DNA of 64,000 nucleotides from Microthyrium microscopicum (Eukaryota), in NCBI GenBank assembly GCA_010405405.1, contig MU004233.1:695122-759121 (forward strand), read 5' to 3'. Of the stretch, positions 1 to 13,505 are shown piece after piece (the first letter of the stretch is position 1; every line of letters begins with the position of its first letter). Position numbers and translations under genes: made by a program. The notes under the pieces are model-generated. The model had not been told where the DNA came from and made no database searches. It saw nothing but the letters and a program-made list of their open reading frames with translations.

Positions 1-2859
1 CTTACTATTATTCTATAATTATTAGATTAAATAAGTTCTTTTAAATCTATTTTATACTTAGTTATTATATATAGAATAGCGTAGCTTTATAATAATTTTG
101 CTAGTAAATAAACTTCTAGTTGCGTCTTTAATAAAGAAAGTAATTCCTTACTTTATTCCTATAACCTCTTTTTTATTACTACCTCTCTCTTTTACTACTC
201 TTTATAATTATAAGAATTAAATAAGTCCTCTTAAATAATTCCTTAAGTTTATTCTTTTATAAATAATATAGCTTAGTAATCTAAAGTTTAGGCTAAATAG
301 CTAACTTTTAGTAGTTATGCCTTTAGACTTTAGTATAGTAAATAAGTTACTACTTTTATTACTATTATTTATCTTCTCTTCTTAATACTTCTTTTTTCTT
401 AAAGAAAATACTATCTAAATCCTTTATATCTTCTATCTTTTTCTTAGCTCTTACTCTATCTATTATAAGCATAGCTACTTATAATGCTTTATATACTTAG
501 TAATTAGTATATAATTATAATAGCTAAATCTATAGTTAAGATATAGATAAAGACGAAATTTTTACTAAGATCTTTAGCTATTTAGCTATTATAATCCTAA
601 AACTTCTTCTTAATTAGTACAAAACTTATACTCTTTATAAGGATAATAAGCTAAATAATTTTAAGGCTATTAAAATATAAGTTTAAAGAAATTTATTTTC
701 TTATTCCTAGTTAATTACTTATATAGACTAAATTTTATAGCTATCTCTACCTACCTAGCTAAAGAGAATCCTTTACCTATATTCTTAGACTTAAGTAAAT
801 AAAATCTTAAAACTAAAAATAAAGGTAAAGTAAAAGTTTAAAATAGTTTAGAAGCTTCTAAATATACCTTTATACTAACGCCTTAAATAGATTCTAAGAA
901 TCTTTAATATACTATTTATAATCTTATAGTAAATCTATTTAATAGTAAGCCCTTAATTTAATAGATCTATAGCTTATAAGTATATTTAAGTAAGCCTTAT
1001 TTAGAAAATATACTAAAGAAAGGTTTAAAAGTAGCTCTTAGTAAAGATAATCTAGTTAATAAAGTAAATTAATACTTAGGTAATAATATTAATAATAAAG
1101 TTAATTAAGATAGTACTACTAGTAAGCCTAAATATATATATAGATTAAAAAAGAAGTATTAATAGGCTATAGTTTCTAATATTAAAGTATAATTCTTTAT
1201 AATAAAAAATAATAAATAGGTTACTTAATTTATATTAACCTTAACTATCTACCTATATTTTAGAAATAAGAGAAATACTTTTAAAGTTAATAAGAATAAA
1301 AATAATATATAGAAAAATATTATAACTTTAATAGTTAAAACTATCTACTTCTTACTAAATAATCTAATTATAAAGAAAAAAAAAATAAACTAGATAATTA
1401 CTAAGTTTCTTATAGTTATCCTAGAGAAGTAACTTATCTAGTTAGCTTATAAGATTAATTAAGACGTTAAATACTATAGAAGTATACTAGCTATAAGCTA
1501 TATAATTATACTTATTATTAAAATATACCTTAATCTATCTAATAACTCTTTTTAAGTCTACTCTATTATAACTAGCAATTTAATAGTTAATAGTAAAGAT
1601 ATTAAATTTAACCTACTTCTTTATTATCTCTAATATACTATTTAGAATTAATACTTTATAGTCTTCTAGTTCTTTAAGGTTAATACTAGCCTAGCTATAC
1701 TTATAGAAAAGAATCTTTCTTAGCTAATCTCTTAAGGTGCGTAAACTAATCTAGATATTATTCCTACTAATATTAATTATCTATTTATAAATAGCGTCTT
1801 TAGCCTATAGAAGGGTTATATTACTCTCCTAGATAATTATAATAATCTTATAAAAGTAAAGAATAATAGAATTATAAATTTATTATATATAGTCTATCCT
1901 TTAGTCCTATATCTATTTATAGCTTAGAGTATAAATCTAGTAGAATAGCTTTATTAGGCATATAAGTAGAATAAAGCTTTTTATAATACTATATTACACG
2001 CTACTAGAATACTAGGAAGTAAAAACTATAAATTCTTAGTAAGCCTTAATTTCTATATTATAACAAATAGATATAAATATCCCTATTTTTAAGAAAGTAA
2101 CGTCTATATAATCTAACTTAAGCTAGAAGCTAGACTTAAAGGCTTTTAATTTACTATTAAAGTTATTAACTAAGACTATAATATTTAAGCTACTTATAAC
2201 GTACTTATAATTATATACTATCCTTCTATTATACCTAATAATAAATATGCTAATAATACTTAATTCTCTTTATTCTAAATTTCTAAAGAAGTTATTATTT
2301 CCCTAAACTATAGCTAATTAATTAAGAACCTATATAAAGCCTTTCTTAAACTAAAAGAGCTAGAGGTTAAGGTATATATATATAATTTAGATAAGCTTAT
2401 TATACGCTAAATAAATAGTCTTAACTAAATATAGTTAAGATAGAAAAAATATAATCTAGATTACTACTTTACTATAGTACTTAGCTTATACCTAGACTTC
2501 TTAAAATATTAACCTTTATTAAAGAAGATTCTTACTATTTATACTTTACTCTTACTCCTTAGAAAGATAGAATTTAGTATTATATTAAAGTATACTAAAG
2601 AAGTATTAATAAATACTAACGCGCTAAAAGAGTTAACTATAAAGGTTAATAAAGTATAAAAGGATACTTTATTAGGTAACTTATTTTCTAGTAATATTAA
2701 GAATAACGCGTTAAAACTTTTAACTAGTTAGATTAAAGAAACTTTAAAAAAAATAAGTAGTAGTTCTACTTTATAAAAGCTAATTAATAAGCTACTTAAT
2801 CTAAATTTATCTAACTATATAACTAAATCTTAGTTTAAATAGGAATTTAAAGCTAATAA

Positions 2860-3270
2860 TAATAATACTTCTTATTCTCTCTTTCTCTCTATCTAAGATA
2901 ATATTAATATAGAATTCCTAGATACTACTATAATAGCGCTTCTCTATTCTATTAATAATAGTACCTCTTAACCCTTTTACCCCTTCATCTAAGATAATAT
3001 TAATATAGAATCCCTAGATACTACTATAGTAGTACTCCTTTATCTTAATAATAATAGTACTTCTTATTCTTCTTTCCCCTCTATCTAAGATAACGTTAAT
3101 ATAGAATCCTTAAATACTACTATAGTAATACCCCTTTATTCTACTAATAATAGCATCTCTTATTTTCTCTCTTCCTCTATTTAAGATAATATTAATATAG
3201 AATCCTTAGATACTACTATAGTAGTGCCCCTCTATTCTATTAATAATAGTACCTCCCTCCTTATAGAGTC
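2860..3270 (+). repeat. Four tandem 96-bp units (32-codon period)
   Basis: '(c/t)taagataa' recurs at 2893, 2989, 3085 and 3181; units differ mainly by transitions. Confidence 0.9.
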
Positions 3271-3307
3271 TTAAGCTTAGGATTAATAAACTAAGCTAGA
3301 AGTTACT

Positions 3308-3549
3308 AAAGCTAATAGTAAATAGGGTTAGTAATTAAAAGTAGCTAATAATGAATAGAGTTAGTAATTAAAAGCGGCTAACAATAAATAGGGTTAGTAA
3401 TTAAATATAGCTAACGACGCTAATAATAATAATAATAATAATAATAATACCTATAAAGATATACCTAAAGATATTTCTAATTCTAATAAATAGTTAGATA
3501 ATAAGATTACGCCTATAAAAAATACTAATAATACTAATAATAGTAATAC

Positions 3550-3580
<31 letters not shown>

Positions 3581-3615
3581 ACTAATGTTAATAATACTAA
3601 TATTAATAATAATTA
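3308..3615 (+). repeat. Three 33-bp tandem units followed by (aat)n tracts
   Basis: 'gctaa....aatag(g/a)gttagtaattaaa' x3 at 3311-3415; aat runs at ~3421-3449 and ~3525-3612, plausibly RIP-converted gat/gac acidic codons. Confidence 0.8.
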
Positions 3616-3779
3616 GTACTAGTTACTAAGCACTTTTATAGGACTAGGCATAGCTACTTCTATATAATTACTAAAGACTAACTTTAAAATTACCTTAGAA
3701 AAGATTTAAAATTTTATAAAAAAAGCAGAATAGATTAGTATTATAAAGGCTCTTTATAAGGATTAAAAAGAATTTATTA

Positions 3780-5770
3780 ATATTATTCTCTTAAAAGGTA
3801 GTAAGGATAGACTTAATATCTACTATACTAGGCTAGAATATAGTAAGACTAAAACTATAAAAGCTATAATAGCAATATTAATCGCCCTTATAATATTCTA
3901 TTCTAATTTTAAGATAAAGATTTTAGCTATATATACTATAAACGCATAATTAGATAACCTTATTACTAAGTATATAAATATCCATATAGAAGTTAATCTT
4001 ATAAACCTTTTACAATTTTTTGCTATCTAAGGATACTTAATTAAAATAGAGAAATTTATTATCTTAAGGAAATTAAAAGAGGTATAAATCTAAGTTTATT
4101 AAAATTAAAGTCTTAGTACGTAATAGTAGAATATAGATAATATAAATAACTATAGTACTAATATTCTAAATACTAAAATAATATTACTTACTAAATAGTA
4201 TAGTGCTTACTACTTATAATAACTCTATATAAATGCTAAACGTTAAAACTTTAAAGATATCTATAACTATTATATTAAATATTTTAAATACTTATTTAAA
4301 GAATTTATAAATTAAGCTAGTAAAATAATTAGCATAATTAACTTAGTAATAGGAAAGCAAAAATACAATATAGATATAGCTACTAAAGAGTTACTTAATT
4401 ATACTTTTAATTTCTAAATTCTTAACGAAAAGTATTATAATAGAAAGAAGCTCTTAAAGTTAGAGAGCGCTAATTATAGTAAACTACTACTAGATATAGA
4501 GCAATATTATTTATAATTAATAATTACTCTTCTTAGTCTTATAAACTATAACGCTCTATAAGAGCTTTTTTAGGCAAATTTTATAGATATTAACTTATAG
4601 ATTTATAATAAAGTAGCAGCATTATATAGACTATAGATAATAGCTATTATATCTTTATATAGACTTTAAATAATTATATAGACTAGAGATTTATTTTAGC
4701 TTAGACCTATTTATAATCTTAAATATAAAAAAGCTACGTTTTATAATAGTTCTTAAGCATTATTAATATATAACGCTATAGTAAATAGCTTTAGCTAAAC
4801 TATACTAAAATAAGTATTTAGATTTAATTTATTATACTATAATCTTCTTAATAATATAAGCTATAAAATTCTTAAATATACTAATAATAATAACCCTAAA
4901 TTTAACTAACTATAATACATTATAAGCTAGCTCTTTCTATCCTTAGAATATAAAAAAGATACGCTACTTATAATATTTATAAATATTAAAGATAGTAAAG
5001 TTAAAAAAGATATTATTAGTTTAAGTTCTAATACTTATAATACCTATATTATAGCCTTTATATAGATTAAACTTTTACTATAAATATAATTAAAAGGCGT
5101 TAATACTATAGTTATTACTCTTTACCTTACGTAAACTAGCCTCTATACTAAAACTAAAGATTAGCTACTTAAATAAGTTACTATATATATTTAGAATAAT
5201 TATATATATACCTAGTAAGATTATTAAGATATACCTTTATAATTTAGCTAGGTTTTAATAACTATTTATAATAATAGCTCTAGTACTAAGTATAATTAGA
5301 ATCTTATTAATCTTATTTAAAAAGATTATACTAGTTTCCTTATAGAAAACTTATAAATAAATACTATAATATCTTAAGGCTACTTATCCTTATTCTTTAG
5401 TAACTTAAAGCTTTATAGTACTATAATAGCTTCTAGTGCTAAGAAATAAGAGGAGTTTAAATAATCTATACTTAGTAGATTACTAAAGCATTTTATTAAT
5501 AATAGCTATATATAGTATATACTATTTACTAATAATTACTCTTATTAGAATTTAGAGAAACTTAATATTCTTAACTTTAATAGAGTAGTTTCTTATTATA
5601 AGAAAGAGCTAAATATACGTAAAGAAATTAAAACTATTATACTTAAAGAACTAGAGGCAATTAAAAATCTTATAGAACTAACCTTACTTTATAGTTTTAA
5701 ACCTAAGAGTAAAGAATTTAAAGCTAATAAAGCTAATAAAGAAGGTAAAGTTAGTAAAGATTAGTAGTAA
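3780..5770 (+). pseudogene. RIP-inactivated UPF1/DNA2/NAM7-like superfamily-1 helicase (AAA_11/AAA_12 type); frame probably extends upstream toward ~700
   Basis: All motifs lie in frame +2, in the right order, and revert by C>T/G>A only. 3830 RLEYSKT (Walker A, GPGCGKT); ~3920 ILAIYTINA*LDNL (motif Ia); 4607 NKV (DEA); 4685 RDLF*LRP (GDxxQLxP); 4802 ILK*VFRF (LxxQYRM-like); 5111 VITLYLT* (VITPYxAQ); 5333-5405 SFL...*INT..S*G....FSN (GFL..R.N...SR....GN). Ends approximate. Confidence 0.8.
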
Positions 5771-6539
5771 AAAATAGTAATAAGAAAAAAGATAGCAAGA
5801 AGGTTTAAGTTTAAAGTAAAGTTTATTTAGCTAATTAATTAACTAACTTAAATAGTATAATAGTTAGTATTAAATAAAAAAAGGGTTTAGGATAAAGGAG
5901 TTATATAAGTAGAAAAATTTAATAAAAAAGAATATATAAAGGGGTTAGACTAGAAAGGTAAATAGAATAGTACTATTACTAGAAAAGTTAACTTACTAAG
6001 CTAGTAATTAATAATATAAAGTTACGTAATACGTCTCTAGCGTAAAATTATAACTTATTAGTTATATAAGATTAGCTAGTACTTCTACTTAATCTTAGTA
6101 CTAGCTATCTAGAATATTTAGAAATATTTAGTACGTCTAGAAATATTTAGTAAGTAAAGGTATATTATATATATAATAAAATATTATTAAGTAATATTCC
6201 TAAGAGTTAACTCTATTACTTAAGCCTTAGAATACTAAGTAAAATTAAATGCTAGTTATTACTAGTATAAATTTAATACTAAATTTATTACTTATATACT
6301 AAGGATATATTTATATCTTTAAAAGTTAATAAGAACGAAATAGGTATAAAAGTTAATATACTAATATAACGCTTCTAGTATCGTATATAATAATAAAAAA
6401 AGATAATTAAATATAGATATATCTAACTTATATATTTTAGTTCCTTAGTATATATTTAACCTAAATAAGTTATATTACTATTCTTATAGACTAATCTTCT
6501 TAAATATAAGTATATTAAGTCTTTTAAATAGTATATAGT

Positions 6540-9500
6540 TCCTCTTTACTATAAATTCTTATAATTACCTCTAAAGGCTCTTTAATTAAGTATAAAGGTT
6601 AATACTAGTAATAAAAACTCTAGTAATAGAATCCTTTATAAATAGTCCCTTTACTAGTATAAGATTTATTACTTATCTTAGTTATAACTATACTACGTCT
6701 AAAATACTTATAATAAAAGATAAGATAATTATACCTTTTACTATACTCTTATTTTTAGCTACCTTTAAAGCTATAGAAAGAGTTACTACTCTAATATAGT
6801 ATAAATATAGTTTATAAAATAGAATAGATAAAGCTAATAAGTCTTAAAAGTCTAAGAGCAATATATAATATATAGTTAATAAAGTTATTATATACTTATA
6901 ATAAAATCTAAGATATCTAGTAAGTATATCTATACTAGCTTATAAAACTAATAAAAGCTATAACTAAATTAATAAGTATAAGCTACTACCTTAAAATACT
7001 ATTAAGATAGAGTACTAATATTATTATTTAGAAAAAGAAAAGCTTTATAAAGAAGTAAAGCTATAGAGTTAATTAGAAAAAGAATTAGAGTTTATTAGTT
7101 AGATAGTTTTTAGTAGTACGTTAAAGAATAAGATAAATAAGTTATTCTAGAGAATAGTCTTTAAGAGTAAAATACGTAACTTACTTAATTAAAAGGTAAA
7201 GGATTATAAATTACTAATAAAAAATATTAATAACCTTAAAGGCTTTATACCTAGTTAGTAAGAAGTAATACTTAAGGAGCTACTATATAATAAGATAAAA
7301 AGTATTAAAAATCTTTTAGGTAGTAAAGTTAAAGTATACTTTTAGAGTATCTTAGAGATTATTAAATTCTTTATCTCTTATAGGCCTTTTACTAAAGACC
7401 TTTACTTTAAGCTTATAATATAAAAGAATAAAGATAGTAAGTATATTTATACTAATACTTAATTAGTAGAAAGATAGTAGGAATTATAAAATAAGGTTAA
7501 TTTAGGTATTATACTTATTCCTATTTACTAGAAGTTAAATAAGACTATAATATTTAAATAATGTAGTAATAATTATATATAGGCTTACTATATAACTATT
7601 TTTAATCTATTAGGAAGTATTAGAAGAGCTATAGAAAGACTAGGATTTCTTCCTATTATAATACTTCTTAAGCTAAAAAGTATAAATATTAATAGTAAAC
7701 TTAAGATATTTTATAACGCTATAGATATTATATTTAAAGGTTTAATATTACGCATTTAAGTATTATAAAGCTATTTACTAATAAAATATAGAACTTAGAA
7801 TAGTCCTTAAGAGTAATTACGTTATAATAATTACTAATAACTAGTTTTAAAGGTATCTTCTAATTCTTACTTACGTAAGTATAAATTATAAAGAGCTTAT
7901 TATAATTATAAGTATTTAGTTTAAATATTATTATTCTATTTACTTAGTACTATAACTATATTAGTAAGATCTTACTAGTAAATAGGCCTATTAGACTTAT
8001 ATAACTTTATAAGAGAATATATTAAAATAGAAAGCACTTTACTACGCTAATTAAAAAAAAGAGTATACTAAGTAGCTTACTACTACTAATAATACTAAAG
8101 GTAAAGACTATATTTATAAAATTTATAATTTTACTTAAAATTATTCTTTATTAAATATTTATATAGTAATTACTTTTAATTTATTATATATATTCTTTTT
8201 AAATAGACTAGTTAAGTAAGTAATAGACTAGATAGCCTAAATTATTTTAGAAAAGAGAGTACTAGTAATATCTATAGCACTAGTAGCTAAAATAAAGAAT
8301 AATAGAGCTATATAGAAAACCTATACCTATAAGACGCTAAAGACTAAGAAGAAAAATAGTAATATACTAAAGACTAAGTAGAAGAAGAAAAAGAAGAAGT
8401 CTATATTTAGTATAAAAGCAAAGTCTATAATTAATTATAAGTTTCTATAGTATTTTATTTATTTAGGCTTTTTAAGGATAGCCTAAGGCTATTATAATAT
8501 TTAATAGAAGATTAGCCTAGAATTATAAGTACTTTTAAAGTAACTTATAGCTACCTTAGCTCTACTCTTAATTCTAAAGAATCTAATTATAATAAAATTT
8601 ATTAAAGCTTTAATAAATATTATTATACTTTCTAGCTATAAGTTATATAATAAAAATATACTTAAATATATATAAGTCTATTTATAAATTATAAAATATA
8701 CTAAAATAGTAATATATAAGTATAAGACTTTTTAAGCTAGGTTTAAAGAGCTTAATTTCCTTAAGTTTTATAACTTAATTTATCTTATACTATCTATTTA
8801 TATATTTAGTACTATAGATAGAACTAGTTCTAGTATTATAGAAAAGTTATATTAAAAGTATACTATACTAGTAGTAAAATAAACTAACTTTTAACTTAGT
8901 TAATATATTTAGATAATCTACTATCTTACTAATTATATTAAGAATATAATCTAGAATAATAATAATAACTATAACTATTAAGTCTATAATATTACTAAGA
9001 AAAAGATTATATCTAAAGAAACTTATCCTATAATTATTCTATTAAGTACGCCTAAATATAGTTTATAACTCTAATTATATTATATAGATAAGCTATATAA
9101 TAAGGGTATTTATAAATTTAGTATACTTCTTACTAAAGACGTTAGTAAATAAGCTAAGCTTAATAACCTTAAGGGTTATTTATATAGCTAGTTAATTAAT
9201 TACTATAAAAAAGACCTTAAGAAGTACTAGTCTTTTCTAAAGCTAATACTATTACGTATATAGGGTAAAGAAATATACTTAGATAAAGATCTTATTAATA
9301 ATAAACTAAACTTTATATACTTTAGTAAAGCATTATATCTTAACGCTTTTTAGCTAAGTTACCTTATTATAATACTATATAATAGTATAACCTACGTAAT
9401 AGATAATAATAAGAATAATATATAACTCTTTATAGCTTACTATAAATAGAAATAGTAAAAAGGTAAGGATAATAATTAATAGTATAATAAAGTCTTAACT

Positions 9501-10210
9501 AAGAACTACTAGTAATGTAACTTTATATAGGCTTAGGCCTATCCTATATCTAAGAAAGAGCTTAATAATAATTTTAGTCTTTTAGATTAACTTTTTATAT
9601 AACTACTTATTATTTATATAGTATATAATATAGATTAAATAATAAAAGATTTTAAATTATAGCGTAGATATACTAAATTTCTTATAGCTTTAGTTTAGAA
9701 GTATATACTAATCTTAGAAAAAGCTATAGAACTTATATTTAATAGGCTATTAGGTCTTATATTATTTAAGCTAGCTATAAAGTTAAAAGTATATAAACTA
9801 AATAAACTATTAACTATTATATATATAGTTCCTTATAAGGACTTAAAGTATCTTAATTACTATTAGTTAAATTTATATCCTAATTATAATAATTATACTA
9901 GAATATATAACCTAGTTACTTTTAGTAAATAAAGAATTAAGGCGGCTAAGGCTAAAACTATAGTAAGACGTAAGGCCTTAAAGAAAAAGAATAAAAAGCT
10001 TTATAAAGCCTAGGTTAAAGTTTATCTTAAGAAGCTTACTAATAGGGTAAAGAGAATAAAGTATAGTAATAAAAAAAAAGTAAAAAATAAAGAAGATAAA
10101 CTAAATAGTAGTAAAAAGGATAAGTAGAAAACTAATAAAGATAGTAAAGAAGAAACTAGTAATAATAGTAAAGAAGATAATAGTAACGATAGTAAAGATA
10201 TATAGTAAAA
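6540..10210 (+). pseudogene. RIP-inactivated Plavaka-family transposase
   Basis: From ~7442 frame +2 reads YIYTNT*LVER**EL*NKVNLGIILIPIY*KLNKT...SNNYI*AYYITIFNLLGSIRR, matching the Plavaka core WWxxQ..LP.G.T..PI...SDKT....GD..AW..Y.TI.N....RR. After a likely intron (~7740-7791) come PILA.V.VDYEE...CP.C-like remnants, and at 8751 LNFLKFYNLIY..SIYIFSTID....EKLY (FNFPKFH.L.H...I..FG..D....E..H). Acidic/basic tail ends ~10210. Boundaries approximate. Confidence 0.8.
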
Positions 10211-13105
10211 TAAAGGTCTAATAGACGTTTTATTACTTAAGAGTTATATATTTTATAGACTACTAAGTATTATTATTATTATTATAATATTATCTCCTAA
10301 GTAATTTAGTTTTATTAGTATTAGTTATAGACTTAAATATAATAGTTAGTATAATATAAAATATAATAAAATAAATTAACTTAAGAACTTTAAGAATATA
10401 TATTTATATAGAATAGTATATATATAAAAGGCAAAATTATTTATTCTTTTTAATAGCTTTTAATTTATAATTCTTTAAATAAAATAATAAGCTATTAATT
10501 TTAAATCCTTTTTCTTTAGTACTTATAATAATCTAAACTTATTTTACTTTTTTATCTTACTTTTAATATATATATCTTCTTTATACTTTACCTTAAGCTT
10601 TTATAAAGAGCTTATCTAGTTACTAAACCTAAACGTTACCTAATAATTATCTACTACTTATAGTAATAATTAAAATAGTAGCTATTTACCTTTATTATAT
10701 ATCTTTATTATCTTAGTTTTTAATAACCTTCTTTATTTATAATAATTTACTTAGTTAATTAATAACTTTACTACTACTTATTATAATACTATTATATCTT
10801 TTATTTAATTCTATTATAAACTATATACTATAGTCTTTAAGATAACTAAAAACTATACTTAACTCTTTTAGTATCTTTATTTAAAGTATACTCTTATCTA
10901 AAAAATATAAATTATAAATACTTAGAATTCTAGACTACTTATTAACTCCTTAAAGCTATTATACTAGCTAAATTAACTTCTAAGCTAGAAGAGAATAATA
11001 ATAATACCTTAGACTTAGATATAGAATCTCCCTTAGAAACTAATTAAACTAAACTTAAGTATAAAGTTTACTTAAACTCCTATACTACTTATTAGTAAAA
11101 CCTTAGTTCTACTAAATAGACTACTAGCTAACTTATAAATACTATATTACTAGACTCTCTTTAATAAGATATAGTCCTAGAAGTAAATAAGTAAGTTATT
11201 ACTATATAAATATATAAAAATTAGATTCTTAAGTAGGGCTTTAGCGTCCTTCTAAAAGTAGTTAGGCTATTAGTATTAGTACTAATAATAAAGGAGGAAA
11301 TATAGGCGTAGTATTTTAATATATATTAAAATATTTATAAAGTACTAAATCTATAGCTATCTATATAATATATATTATATTATAGTCTAATTAGAGTATA
11401 GTAGAAATCTTCTCTTCTTAGCTATAAATAGTAAAGCTCGTAATAAGAAGATAATTATTATATAAAGATATAAGGTATCTCTTTTTAAATAGATAAAGAG
11501 AAAGAATAAGATATAGGTATAAATAATACGCTATTTAAGAAAAATAGAAGTAAGAGTTTAACGTAAGCCTAATAGAATTTATAATCCTATTAGAATATCT
11601 TTAATTTCTTTATCTTTAAGTAAGTAAGACTTTATAATTAAAGCTTTTAGATCTACTCTTTACGTCTTAATAAGTATAAAGCTAGGTTTCTTTTAGTATA
11701 GTGCATTCTAAACGTTAGTGCTTAATCTTCTTAAGTTATTATAAATAAGTATATTAATATTAGTTAATTAGCTTCTATCTTACTTCTTTTATATATTAAA
11801 TCTACTCTACTAGTACTACTTATTATCTTTTAGCTAGCTCTTAATTAATAATTACGTTAGCTTTAGTAACTAATTAATTCTTATTCTACTATAGATAGTA
11901 ATACTTCTTCTACTTAACGCTATAAATATAATAAAACTAATTAACTATATTTATAACTAATTTTCTAGTATATTAGTATAAGATAGAAACTTAAAAAGTA
12001 TAGCTTACTATATATAGTAGTAGCTAGTATCTAGTTTAATTATTAATTTATAAGTATTATAATACTACTAATTTATTTTTATAGCTAGTACAAGTATAGC
12101 TTATAAAGCTTTATCTTTAAAATAGTTACTATACCTTATTAGTCTAGAATTATAATATCTTAATATATATTAAAGAGATAGTATCTATTATTTAAAGTAA
12201 TCTTAAAACAAGATATAGAAGCTATTAATAAAGATAAAAGACTCTAAAGGTTTAAGTATCTTTCTATATTATATTATTAAAAAAATATAATAATTAAGTA
12301 CCTTACCTAGTATATTTAGCTTTCTTATACTAAATATATATCTAATAGAAGCATTTATTATATATTATAACGTTAAGACCTAAAGCTATAAATAAAATAA
12401 AGAATTTTTCATAGCCTAATTTACTATAATAAAGCTAGTTCTTAGTAGTAAACTTAATAGCTACTAACTAAAAAGCGTTTAATTCTTTAGGTAATAGAAC
12501 TAGCGTAATAAGCTTAATTATAACTTTTTATTAATAGCAACGTAAAGAGAAGTAGTTTTTATCTTTAGTAGCTAGTAAGAAGAGCTTTTTTAAAAGATTT
12601 AGAAGTTATTATTCTTTAGTAGCTTAATAATAATATTATAAAAGCTTTTAGTAGCTAAATAAAGAAAAATATTAGATAGTACTATTAATAGATTTAGGGC
12701 TAAATATCTCTAAAGTTACAACTAAACTAAAACTTACTAGAATATTACTATTATTAAACTAAACTTAACTCTTATACGTTCTATCTTCTATTAATATTCT
12801 TAATATATTCCTTATACTCTACTATACTCCTTCTTACTTATACCTATAGCTATTATATTCTATATTATATTTAGGTATTTATTACTATTATTTAAATTAA
12901 ATAAATAGCTATTTATAATAGCTATAATATATAATAAACTTATAACTAAAATTAAGCTAAACTATATACTAAAGCAGAAGGTTATTAAGATTTTTAGACT
13001 TATTAATACCTTATTTAATATACTTTAACTTATATTTATTAGTACTATATTAGAGTACTAAAGTACTAGAGCTAGACCCTCTTTCTAACTCTCTTAATTT
13101 CTTAC

Positions 13106-13505
13106 TACTAAGGTATAAGCTCCTTTTTATCTTTAAATAAGTTTAAGTAATAACTTATAGAACTTAAGGTAGCATTATATTAATAATAAAATAGTATTAA
13201 TATAATATTATTTCTTAAAGAGTTAATATATAGCTACTATAAAGGCAAAATAGCCTTAGAGTAATACTATAAAAGAATAATTATAGCGCTAGTATTAAGG
13301 TAAACGTTACTATATTACCTTAATAATATTCTTATAAGTATTATATTATAAGTATATACTAATTATATAATAATAATAATAATAACGCATAGCAGTATAC
13401 TACTAAGGTATAGATTTCTCTTCCTCTATAAATAAGTTTAAGTAACGACTTATAATACTTAAGGTAGTATTATATTAATAATAAAATAGTATTAACGTAA
13501 TATTT
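13106..13505. repeat. ~100-bp direct repeat at 295-bp spacing
   Basis: 'tactaaggtata...aataagtttaagtaa..acttata..acttaaggtag.attatattaataataaaatagtattaa' at 13106 and 13401. Confidence 0.8.

Noticed and set aside
11700..12720. NACHT/NLR pseudogene on the minus strand
   Set aside because: Only a Walker-B-like remnant; no convincing Walker A, so not annotated.
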